DNA from: Octopus sinensis
Lineage: Eukaryota
Assembly: GCF_006345805.1 (NCBI RefSeq)
Contig: NC_043024.1
Coordinates: 17,484,001-17,548,000 of the forward strand
Direction of reading: 5' to 3'
Length of the DNA: 64,000 nucleotides
Part shown: positions 25,961 to 37,650 of the stretch, piece after piece
Position numbering within the stretch: position 1 is the stretch's first letter
How the letters are laid out: the number at the start of each line of letters is the position of its first letter
The notes under the pieces: generated by a model
Database searches by the model: none
Seen by the model: only the letters and a program-made list of their open reading frames with translations
Told to the model about the DNA's origin: nothing
Translations under genes and position numbers: made by a program

Positions 25961-27855
25961 AAATATGACCATGAAGGTGCATGGCTCAGTGCTTAGAGCG
26001 TCGGGCTCACTATCATGAGGTGGTGAGTTTGATTCCCAGACTGGGCTGAGTGTTGTGTTTTTTGAGCAAGACACTTTATTTCACGTTGCTTCAGTTTACT
26101 CAGCTGTAGAAATGAGTTGTGATGTCAGTAGCGCCAAACTTTTTTTTTCATTGCTCACAGGGGGCTAAACACAGAGGGGACAAACAAGGACAGACAAAAG
26201 GATTAAGTCGATTACATCAACCCCAGAGTGTAACTGCTACTTATTTAATCGACCCTGAAAGGATGAAAGGCAAAGTTGATCTCGGCGGAATTTGAACTCA
26301 GAATGTAACGGCAGACGAAATATCGCTAAGCATTTCACCCGGCGTGTTAATAGTTCTGTCAGCTCACCGCTGTGTTGGCTCCTTTTGCTTTTCCCTTGGT
26401 TAACATTGGTGGCATGGAGAGTGGAGGCTGGTATGCATGGGTAACTGCTGGTCTTCCATAAGCAAAAATGCTCAGACTTGTGCCACGGAGGGGAACTTCC
26501 TACTTGCGCTACCATGGTCATTCATGACTATAGGGGTCCCACCTTCTTCATGTATGCACTATATGTATATGTGTTTGTGTATGTGTGTACACACACGCAC
26601 ATACACAGGCACACTCAGAGTTCATACAAGATAGCCGTGAAGACACATTGCTTAGTGGTAAAGGTCTTTACACCACAAATGTACCTGATTGCACATTGTG
26701 TCCTTGAGCAAGACACTTCATTTCACATTGATCCAGTCCTCTCACCTAGCAAAGATGAGTTGTACCAGTAATTCAAAAGGGGCCAGCCTTGTCACACTGA
26801 ATCTCCTTGAGAACTACATTAAAGGGCACACGTATCTGTGGAGTACTCAGCCACTTGCTCAATAATTTCATGAGCAGGCCATTCCATTGCTCTTATCAAC
26901 TGGAACACTTGTCATTACCAATCATAAGCGTAGGAGTGGCTGTGTGGTAAGTATCTTGCTTACCAGCCACATGGTCATGGGTTCAGTCCCACTGCGTGGC
27001 ACCTTGGGCAAGTGAGTGGATTTGGTAGACAGAAACTTAAAGAAGCCTGTCGTATATATGTATATATATCTATATATGTGTGTGTGTGTGTGTGTATGTA
27101 TGCTTGTATGCTTGTGTGTCTGTGTTTGTCCCCCCAACATCGCTTGACAACCGATGCTGATGTGTTTACATCCCTGTAACTTAGCGGTTCGGCAAAAGAG
27201 ACCGATAGGATAAGTACTAGGCTTACAAAGAATAAGTCCTGGGGTTAATTTGCTCAACTAAAAGAGGTGCTCCAGCATGACCACAGTCAAATGACTGAAA
27301 CAAGTAAAAGAATAAAATCATGTGTTCAATTCCTGGTGATGCATTGTGTCCTTAATCAAGACTCTTTATTTCACATTGCCCCAGTTCACTCAACTGGCAA
27401 AGATGAGTAGTACCAGTAATTCAAATGGGGCCAATTTTGTCACATTCTGTGTCATGTTGAATCTTCCTGAGAACTACATTAAAGGGCACACGTGCCTATG
27501 GAGTACTCAGCCACTTGCATGATAATTTCATGAAGCAGGCTGTTCGGTTGACCTGGTCAACTGGAACTTTTATCATTGTAAATGACGAAGGGCCAGTTTT
27601 TGCAAGGGAACTGTAAAAATGTAATATAATCTGAAACAACTTGTAGAGTAATTTCAATGTCAACACCACCACCACCATTACCACCCCTAAGTACCCCACT
27701 ACCATTAACGACAACTACCCTTTGGCTAAACACCACCACCACAACATCCATCGCAAGGCCCACCTCATACCTCAAACATTGCCCCCTCCCTCCCCATACA
27801 ATTTTTCACCTAAAAACCATTTAATCTTTTTTTTTGTCTTTTTCTCTCATTTCAG

Positions 27856-27979
27856 GTAAGTGATACTGCTGATTATTCTGATGGTGATGGTGATGATGAT
27901 GATTGCTGTGTTCTTGTTGTTATTGCAATTCCACCACATCTCTGAGACCCTCGAGTCGAGGAATTTTGGTTAAGTTTTG
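27856..27979 (+). other. Candidate exon, or recursive splice site plus RS-exon
   Basis: Branch-like TTAAT, a polypyrimidine tract at 27827-27853, CAG|GTAAGT at 27853-27861, and a second donor TTG|GTAAGT at 27980. Confidence 0.35.
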
Positions 27980-28311
27980 GTAAGTCATTTTGATTGGAAT
28001 CTCTATAGGTCTGTTGCTATCACTCCCAAATAGAAGTGACAGAGAGAGAGGGGGAGGGGGAAGAAAGAAAGAAAGAAAAAGAAAGAAAGAAAGAGAGAGA
28101 GAAAGAAGGAGAGAGTCGCAGTGTTCTGTTTTTTGAATAAAGCAACAACAACAGAAGAAGGAAGAAGAAGGAAATAAAGATGGTGGGGAAGTGGGGTAGA
28201 AGGGCTAAAAGGAATTATTTGTCTGTTAGTCATTAATAATAATAATAAGAAGAAGAAGAAGATGAAGAATATTGTCCATGGAGTTACCAGTTCCATACAA
28301 GAATTACGTAC

Positions 28312-28560
28312 CTTCATTTTCGCGCAGTTTACAATATTGAGTGTCGATCAATATTATTCTTTGACTAGCTTAGCAACAGACTGTACAGAGCAGTCGCCGT
28401 GTGTGTGTGTGTGTGGTGGTGGTGGTAGGTTTGGGGTTCTCTCTGGAATTGGTTTTCGGTTGGTTTTTCTTTTCGTTTTCTTTTTGTTGCTTGTTTAGTT
28501 TTTTTTTTGTAGGTGGGGGCGGGGGGGGGGGGAGCATTTCTGTGGTTTTGGCTGATTGCT
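28312..28560 (-). other. Candidate 5' exon with start codon (ATG AAG | GTACGT)
   Basis: gcgcgaaaATGAAG (28317-28312) is followed by donor GTACGT (28311-28306). The surrounding DNA is non-repeat and retains CpG. A T-rich acceptor-like stretch lies near 28560-28575. Confidence 0.35.
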
Positions 28561-28661
28561 TCAAGAAAAAAAAAGAACTGTTTTCAATAAATGTCTCTGT
28601 GTGGCTCTAACTATCTATTTATCTATCTATCTCTCTTTCCGCCTGTCTGTCTGTCTCTCTC

Positions 28662-28723
<62 letters not shown>

Positions 28724-28846
28724 CATAACTGTCTATTTACCTGTTAAGTTATCTATCTGTCTACCAATTCTTATATATATATATATATATCTTATGTATG
28801 TGTGTATCTATCTGTACATACATATATATATATGTGTGTGTGTGTG

Positions 28847-28889
<43 letters not shown>

Positions 28890-29037
28890 GATATATCTAT
28901 CTGTCTATCTGTCTGTCTGTCTGTCTGTATGTGTGTGTGTATGTTATATACATAATATCCATTTATCTGTCTCTTTTTATCTATCCACCTATTTGTTTAT
29001 CAATTTATCTGTCTGTCTATCTATTTATCTATCTATC

Positions 29038-29072
<35 letters not shown>

Positions 29073-29164
29073 GCATACACACACACACATATATACATTG
29101 ATCTACCTGTCTGTCTGTCAATCAGTACACACGTGTGTCTGATGCATGGATATATGTATGTCTA

Positions 29165-29209
<45 letters not shown>

Positions 29210-30419
29210 ATATATACATTAACAGCTGATTGCTCAAGTAGATTAATATTAATTGATGCTTGTTAACATTTCATAGTGAGTTAATGTCCTCTATCAAGTG
29301 ATGCTAATGCAGGTGTGTGTGTGTATGTGGACATGTGTGGATGTATGTGTGTGCATATGATTGGTATAGTATATGTGTATCGGTGGGGGAGATGTATGGA
29401 TATCTGTGTATATACCTGAAGATGTGTGAATGCATGTGTGTGTGTGTGTATGTTAGTGAATGCGTGTGTGTGTGGGTGTGCAAACATCTGTGGCAGCTTG
29501 TGTACAGAAGTGTTGGATGTGTGCACGTGTGACCTTGCATATATCAGTGATTGTTAATGTGTGTGGATGTGGAGGGGGGATATTGTGTGTGTGTTTGTTG
29601 TGTGAGGACATGTGTATATGTATGGGTGTGGGAATGTGCCTGTGTGTGTAATGTATGGATATGTGTGAATGCCTATGTATGTGTGTGGAGAGATTGTGTG
29701 TGTGTGTGTGATGATATATCTAGGTGTGATATGGGTGTGGATGTGTGTATTATATGGATGTATATAGCAGGGCTAAGTGTGTGCATATGTGTGTGTGTAT
29801 GTGGTGTGTGTGTGTGTGTATGTGTGTGTGTGTGTGTTCTTTCTGTATGTCTGTGAATGTTGGTAGGTATGTGTGTGTGAATGTGTATTGCTTTGTGTAT
29901 GTGTGTGTGAATGCATGTTGTTTTGTGTAAATATGTATGTGAATGTGTGTGTGTGTGTGTGAATATGTGTTGGTTTGTAAATATGTGTGTTCTTTGTTTG
30001 TAAAACAGAGAGGGAGAGAGATAGAGTGTGTGAGAGAGGAGTGGGAAGAGATGAAAGTAGCTTTCAAGAGTGAGAAAAGTTTGGGGAAAGATAACAGCTG
30101 TGTGAGAGGGTAAGTAACAGATGATGAGACAATGGAAGGAGGAGGGCTTCAAGACTGAAGATAGCAGTAAGAGGGTGGTAAATAAGCAGAGGGGAGGTGA
30201 GAGGTAACTGGTCTGTGAGTGAGACATTTGAGTAAGGAGAGAGATTGAGTGGAAGTGGTTAATATGTGAGTGGAAGTGGAGATAGTTACTATGTGAGTGT
30301 GACAATTTACAAATTGGAAGAAGTAAGTTTGTTTTGAAGAAGAGAATCAGATTCTTATAGAATAACCAAGTGGCCATAGAATTTGAATATAGCATAATAT
30401 AATATTCTTTTCTACTCTA

Positions 30420-31040
30420 GGCATAAGGACTGAAATTTTGGGGGAAGGGGCCAGTCGATTAGATTGACTCCAGTATGCAACTGGTACTTAATTTATCACC
30501 CCCCCCACCGAAAGGATGAAAGGCAAAGTCGACCTCAGCAGAATTTGAACTCTGAACATAAAGACAAACGAAATACTGCTAAGCATTTCGCCTGGCATGC
30601 TAACTATTCTGCCAGCTCACCGCCTTAATAATAATAATAATAACAATAATAATAATAATAATAATAGTAATAATCCTTTCTACTAAAGACACAAGGCCTG
30701 AAATTTGGTGGGGTGGGGGGCTAGTTGATTATATTGACCCCAGTGTTTCACTGGTACTTAATTTATCGACCCCGAAAGGATGAAAGGTAAAGTCTACGTC
30801 AGCAGAATTTGAACTCAGAATGTAAAGACAGATGAAATGCCACTAAGCATTTCGCTTGGCAAGCTAACCATTCTGGCAGCTCACCGCCTTAGTAATAATA
30901 ATAATAATAACAATAATAATAATAATAATAATCATTTCTACTAAAGGCACAAGGCCTGAAATTTGGCAGAGGGAGTTGGTCAATTACATCGACCCCAGTA
31001 TTTCATTAGTACTTAATTTATTAACCCCAAAAAGATGAAA
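30420..31040 (-). mobile_element. Three head-to-tail family B SINEs linked by (AAT)n
   Basis: Units at about 30420-30627, 30675-30890 and 30935-31040, with (AAT)n spacers. Confidence 0.85.
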
Positions 31041-31329
31041 GCCTTGTGAGTGGATTTGATAGATGGAAACTGAAAGAAACCCATGATAAGAGTGTGTATT
31101 TGACTGCCATTACCACTTGGCAACCCATGTTGGTGTGTTTACATCCCTGTCACTCAACGGTTCAGCAAAAGAGACCAATGGAATAAGTACCAATCTTGAA
31201 AATAAAAATGTTAAGTCCTGGGGTCAATTCATTTGACTAAAATTTCTTCAAGGTGGTGCCCCTGCATGGCCACAGTCTAATGCCTGAAACAACTAAAAAT
31301 AACATACATCTGTGTGTATATGTATAATG

Positions 31330-31369
<40 letters not shown>

Positions 31370-31370
<1 letters not shown>

Positions 31371-31570
31371 GAAATAATTGTGTATAGTGCTCAGGTGCTC
31401 TACAACTCATCAAAGGTGCGTGTACAGTACATAGAATTATGTACTAAATTCAGGAAAGTGAACAGTCTATAAGTCATGATATATATGTGTGCATATGTAT
31501 GGAAGCGGCAGGGATATATCAGGTGTAGTGTTGGTGAATTTCAGGAAGCATGGAGGCTTTGAAGGATTAT
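31370..31570 (-). mobile_element. CR1/L2-type LINE 3' end with (ATT)n tail
   Basis: atccttcaaagcctccatgcttcctga matches the ORF end of the fragment at 56130-56330. The tail is at 31325-31370. Confidence 0.6.
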
Positions 31571-31831
31571 TTATATATATATATATCTGTGTGTGTATGT
31601 ATATTACGGAGATGTACTTCCATAGCAAGTGACTTGATCTGAGATTGTGTGCTGAAACAAAAACAGTTGCAGCATGGAAGGTGTTTATAAGCCATTTAAA
31701 AACGCACAAAAACCATTAGATTCACTTCAACATTTAAATTTAATTTGTTAAAATATTTTCATCACTTTGAAACCGCAGCCTGTTCACTGACAAAATTCTG
31801 TGCTGATATATATATATTCACATACACACAC

Positions 31832-32133
31832 GGAGGCACAATGGCCCAGTATTTAGGGCAGGGAACTCACAGTCGTAGGATTGCGGTTTTGATTCCCAGA
31901 CCTGGCGTTGTGAGTATTTATTGAGAGAAAACACCCTAAGCTCCATGAGGTTCCAGCAGGGGGTGGTGGCGATCCCTGCTGCACTCTTTCGCCACAACTT
32001 TCTCTCACTCTTTCTTCTGTTGGCCTGCTCACTTAGCCAGTGGGGTGGCATCATTTGAAGGCTAAAACAATGTGAAGCGCATTGTGATGAGTGATGTGTA
32101 GCAACATCTGATAGCCTGGTCGGTCACGTGATA
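31832..32133 (+). mobile_element. Family J tRNA-derived SINE
   Basis: A box tggcccagtatt, B box ggttttgattcc, and a unique body ending ggtcggtcacgtgata. Single copy in this window. Confidence 0.6.
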
Positions 32134-32148
32134 TATACACACAGGATG

Positions 32149-32311
32149 TGAGGGCCGGATAACTGAAGATAGGTCAGTGTGAGTTTCCACCCCGACATCC
32201 AAAACTTGGAGTTTTTCATGGCTATTGAATAATTGTCACATATTATTTTTACAGATAAATTTCTCTATTTACATAATATCGAGGTCTCTTTCATTCTTTT
32301 GTTGTCTTACC

Positions 32312-32347
<36 letters not shown>

Positions 32348-33053
32348 AGAGAGAGAGAGAGAGATAGGGTAAAGAAATATTAATTTAATAATTAATAAAT
32401 TTTACCAAGTAGCTTCGGTATGGAAGAAAACCGTTATCAGTAAAAACCTATACAAAAAGGTTTTTTATAATTATAAACATAATTTAGGGATTAGCAGAAA
32501 GTTGCTTCACCACATTCTGAAAATTTAGAAATAGCAGTCAAGACTGCTAATTTTTCTAATACAATATATCTCCACAGATGGCAATACTCGTAATTCACAC
32601 AGGCAAAAAGAACAAAAAATGACGAAACTAACCAGTCTTTGATTAATCATGTTTGCGTTTCGGGATGAGAATTGCAAAATTCATTTCCGTCAACAGTATG
32701 ATATTTCAAGATTATAAATTTGAAAATGCTAAATCTAACCTCTGCATGTTTGACCAAGTGACATAAAACTTAACAGAAGATAAATAGCATTTCCGAACTT
32801 ATATGTGGCGAAGCAACTTTCTGCTAATCCCTAAATTATATATATATATATAATATATATATATAATATATATATATATATGTATATGAATAAATAAATA
32901 AATAAATAAATGAATGAATGAATAAATAAATAAATAAATAAATAAATAAATGAATAAAAATAAATAAATAAATAAATAAATAATAAATAAATAAATGAAT
33001 GAATGAATGAATGAATGAATAAATAAATGAATAAAAAATAAATAAATAAATAA

Positions 33054-33088
<35 letters not shown>

Positions 33089-33332
33089 GAAAGAAAGAAG
33101 GGATTAGCAGAAAGTTGCTTCGCCACATATAAGTTACCATTTATGTATATATATATATATATATAAATGGTAAGACAACAAAAGAATGAAAGAGACCTCG
33201 ATATTATGTAAATAGAGAAATTTATCTGTAAAAATAATATGTGACAATTATTCAATAGCCATGATAAAACTCCAAGTTTTGGATGTCGGGGTGGAAACTC
33301 ACACTGATCTATCTTCAGTTATCCGGCCCTCA
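32149..33332. mobile_element. Composite inverted-repeat element, Penelope-like
   Basis: About 171-bp outer arms (32149-32320 and 33162-33332) with 2 differences seen. A 35-bp segment occurs as (+) near 32485, (-) near 32800 and (+) near 33100. An (AAAT)/(GAAT) tract lies at 32890-33090. Confidence 0.75.
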
Positions 33333-34689
33333 GAAAAAATGCTATGAAAATGACCGTTAAACCAAGGGAAATTACTATGTGATTTACTGTTAATAAAACA
33401 AAAGACCTATTTGAATGACCGCTAAGTAAGGTAAGGAAGTAAAAATGTTCATAGTAATTGTGTAAGCATGCATGTCCTAACATACATTCGAAGCCTTCAA
33501 TCTTCAGTCAAGAACCGGATCATCCTTGCAGTTTCGGCTGATTAATCTTGAGATTGCTCCGATCTGGCCAGCCCCAAAGGAAAATCTAAGCCAAGCGCAT
33601 TAGATTCCTTGGAAGAAAACCTCGAATGTATACAAAACAAGGACGGAAAAACAGACGATGTTACACGAATAAGAATACGTGTGTGTGTATATATGTATGT
33701 ATATATATATAAATATATATATATACACACACTCAGAGAATGTAGTGGGTGTTTTTACGTGCCACCAGCATAGGAGCCATTCGGGCAACACTGGCATCAG
33801 CAATGCCCGAATGGTTCTTTTTACGTGGCACTGGCCTCCGTCATGCTCGAATGGTGCTTTTTACATGCCAATCAGGTGGCATGGGCATCCAGCTGTAGAA
33901 ACCTTGCCAAATCAGATTGGAGCTTGGTGCAGTCCTCCCGGCATGCCAGTTCTCAATCAAACCCTCCAACTCATGCCAGCATGGAAAGCAGACGTTACAC
34001 GCAGGTGATGATGATGATGATGATGAAATATATATGTATGTATGCATGCATATGTAGTTTAGTTTATATAATCATGTGTACATGTGTATGTGTGTGTGTA
34101 CATATATACATATACATGCACACACACACATATATAAAACAATGTTGGTGATTGTGGTGGTGGTGCTAGTGGGAAATCTTCGGGTGGAATTGTGTTGCAG
34201 TGAGCAGTAAGGCGGCAAGAAGGGTATGCGGTGGATAGAGAGAGGTAGGGTGGTCACATTTGGAGATAGGTAGATGGAGGTGTGAGTGATAAAATTATGA
34301 TAAATTGGTGTATTTTCCTGGTTGTAAATGGTCATCTTCCATTGTTTGGGACATTTATATAGACAGGAATAAATTCTACCAAAAAAAAAATTTATTTTCA
34401 TCGAAGAACATAACCTTTTTGATTCTCTGATTCTAAACTTCTCTCTGCCCCCTGCCCTCTCTCTCCTCCTACCTATCCTCTTTCTCTATCTCTCTCTCAC
34501 CTCTCTGTCTATATTCTCTGACAATTACCATCACCCAATAATAAGATGTATTTGTATATTAGATTCCGTACCAAATTATTATGGACAATCAAATAAAAAT
34601 ACCAATTCTGTCTGAAACACATACCGGCATCTTTATGTACATTGCCATCATCACCATCATCATCATCAACACCACCACCATCATCACCA

Positions 34690-35150
34690 CCACCATCATC
34701 ATCATCATTATTTTTATGTCAAGTTGCCCCATGTTTGGCTGGGTAAGATGTGTCTTCTCCGACACAGTCTATTGCAATTCTTTGTCATCTCTGTCTTTCA
34801 GTTTTCTAAGATCGTCTCTCAGCATTTCCTTCCAAACTATCTTCAGTCCTCATCTTCTAAATATTCCTGCTATATTCACCCCTCCCCACATCACATCTCC
34901 ATATCCCTCACCATATTTCAATGCCAGCTCTGTCTTTTCTCCACATCTGGATCTGTTGTCACCTTGTTTCTCTCTCAGCTCATCCTCATTATAAACTCAT
35001 TCTTCTCACTCACATAACATTGCACATCCAGCACTACATGCTTGCTTCATCTCCTCCCAACCTCCACACACATCCTCTATTCAGAGACCCACTCATCTGC
35101 CATGAAAAACATACAATCCCACTTTGTACGCACAAACATCATACAATTTA
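34690..35150 (-). mobile_element. Old RTE LINE 3' fragment
   Basis: Minus strand is degenerately similar to 39660-40156 (WMCNV..LRE..IRCG.EKR.L..RDDL) and has a (GAT)n tail. Confidence 0.6.
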
Positions 35151-36273
35151 AGAGAGAAGCCTTCTTTATCTTCTGAGCTTAAATCCTGCTGAGATCAACT
35201 CTACCTTTCTCTCTTTTTTGAAGTCAATACAATTAAATGTACCAGTCATGTTCAAATATATCCGTGGTCTTGTGCCTATGTTAGAAATTACTACTATTAA
35301 AGCTAATGTATTAGTGATGGACAAGGACACATACACACATAGAAGCATACATCATACATACATATATGAGTGACTGTGTGATAAGAGGCTTGCTTACCAA
35401 TTTACCAACCTCATGGTTTTGGGTTCTGTCCCACTGAATGGCACCTTGGGCAAGTGTCTTCTACTATAGCCTTGGGCCAACCAAAGCCTTGTGAGTGAAT
35501 TTGGTAGACAGAATATATGTGTGTGTCTGTTTGTCATCCCACCATCGCTTGTTGGTGTGTTTACATCCCCATAACTTAGCGGTTCAGCAAGAGACTGATT
35601 GAATAAGTACTAGGCTTACAAAGAATAAGTCCTGGGGTTCATCTATTCTAGTAAAGGTGATGCTCCAGCATGGCTGCAGTCAAATGACTGAAACAAGTAA
35701 AAGAATAAACGAATACTTAAATATAAGCATGCATGCATACATACATACACACATACATACGCACATACATACATGCATGCATGCATACATATATACATAC
35801 CCAAATACATGCATACATATACACATACACACATGCACACATACATATATACAACATACACACATACATAACACGTGCTTACATACAACATACATGCATA
35901 CAAACATACAACATACACACATGTATACATACAACATACACACATACATAACACGTGCTTACATACAACATACATGCATACAAACATACAACATACACAC
36001 ATGTATACATACAACATACACACATACATGCATGCATACATACACACATACATACATACATACATGTACATATACATACATACATCATCATCATCATCAT
36101 TATCATTCTTATTATAAATATATATAGGATTGAGGTAACTCCTCCAGAATATATATATATTACCCAAAATGAAGAAGATTGACAAAATTACTTTTTGAAT
36201 CTGTTGAAGACACACAAGATGTCAAAATATCATTCACTAGATGACAATGACACTCTTCTTTTAATTTTGACTC

Positions 36274-36312
<39 letters not shown>

Positions 36313-36317
<5 letters not shown>

Positions 36318-36630
36318 TCACTGCCTGGAATCGAACTCAGAATCTTGGGGTTAGTAGCCCACACACTTAACCATTACGTGCACAGGCATATGGCGTAGTG
36401 GTTAAGAGCACAGGCTACTAACTCCAAGATTCCAAGTTCAATTCCAGGCAGTGACCTGAATAATAATAATGATAATAATAATAACATCGAAAAATACCTT
36501 AGGAATGAGAACCCAAGTTTGAAATTTCCGCCAGACACCTGATGAAGGCTGGAGGGTATACCAACTGAAACGTTGTGTTAACAACAAACAAGATGAGGAC
36601 AAATATCCGTCAAATGTAAATAATGTATTC
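36313..36630 (+). mobile_element. Family G: tRNA-headed SINE with inverted head duplication and Penelope-type tail
   Basis: 66-bp arms at 36313-36378 and 36394-36459 (about 85% identical). A box TGGCGTAGTGG at 36391, B box AGTTCAATTCC at 36435. The tail contains a hammerhead motif. Confidence 0.75.
36534..36579 (+). ncRNA. Minimal type I hammerhead ribozyme motif
   Basis: ACAC-CTGATGA-A-GGCTG(loop)CAACT-GAAA-C-GTT-GTGT. Stem I is ACAC/GTGT; stem II has one mismatch and one wobble. Confidence 0.65.
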
Positions 36631-37205
36631 TTCATTACACATGCTTTATTTGCTAATAGGAACCATAAAGATTTACATGTTAGAAAGGCATGTAAAGAAT
36701 TACCTATTCATACAAAACTATTATTATAGTTATTCTTTATATGAAGAGTTCCTAAGAGGAAATTCCTTGCATGTAAATCTGTAATACCTATTAGCAAATG
36801 AAACACGTGTAATGGAGAATAATACCAAAGCATTTCCAATTTCCTGTTTCATTATAAATTAACTCTGCAAATAGTTTTTCCTATAATTTTTAATTTTGAT
36901 AAGTATTTTGACTCATCTACAGCACCAACTATGGATGCACATTGATTGGAATATTGGAATATTGGAATATGCTGATGTGCTTCAAGAGGAAACAGCTGGG
37001 ATTTAACCTAACTAACTTATGTAATATATATATATACATTGGTGCAGGAGTGGCTGTGTGAGCTTGCTTACCAACCATATGGTTCTGGGTTCAGTCCCAC
37101 AGTGTGGCATCTTGGGCAAGTGTCTTTACTTATAGCCTCAGGCTGACCAAAGTCCTGTGAGTGAATTTGGTAGATGGAAACTGAAAGAAGCCCATCATAT
37201 ATATA

Positions 37206-37236
<31 letters not shown>

Positions 37237-37238
37237 GC

Positions 37239-37272
<34 letters not shown>

Positions 37273-37504
37273 GAATGTATGTATGTTTGCGTGTCTGTGT
37301 TTGTCCCCCTGCACCATCGCTTGACAACCGATGCGGGTGTATTTATGTCCCCTGTAACTTAGTGGTTCAGCAAAAGAAACCAATAGAATAAGTACTAGGC
37401 TTACAAAGAATAAGTCCTGGGGTCAATTTGTTCAACTAAAAGGCAGTGCTCCAGCATGGCATCAGTTAAATGACTGAAACAAGTAAAAGAGTGAGAGAAT
37501 AAAA

Positions 37505-37581
<77 letters not shown>

Positions 37582-37584
37582 CAT

Positions 37585-37650
<66 letters not shown>

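Noticed and set aside
27880-27972. Signal-peptide-like MVMVMMMIAVFLLLLQF frame
   Set aside because: The hydrophobicity comes from (GAT)n/(TTG)n repeats, and the frame stops after about 30 codons.
30420-31040. CRISPR-like repeat-spacer pattern in the SINE and MITE arrays
   Set aside because: Eukaryotic context, units of 200 bp or more with non-unique spacers, and no cas genes.
33480-33660. Minus-strand GGCTG..CAGCC-GAAAC and a separate CTGAAGA
   Set aside because: No CUGANGA precedes the stem and no stem follows the CTGAAGA. Probably a repeat tail, but not a supportable ribozyme.
36391-36459. tRNA genes at SINE heads (families A, B, C, G, J)
   Set aside because: A and B boxes are present, but there is no complete cloverleaf and the heads continue into SINE bodies.
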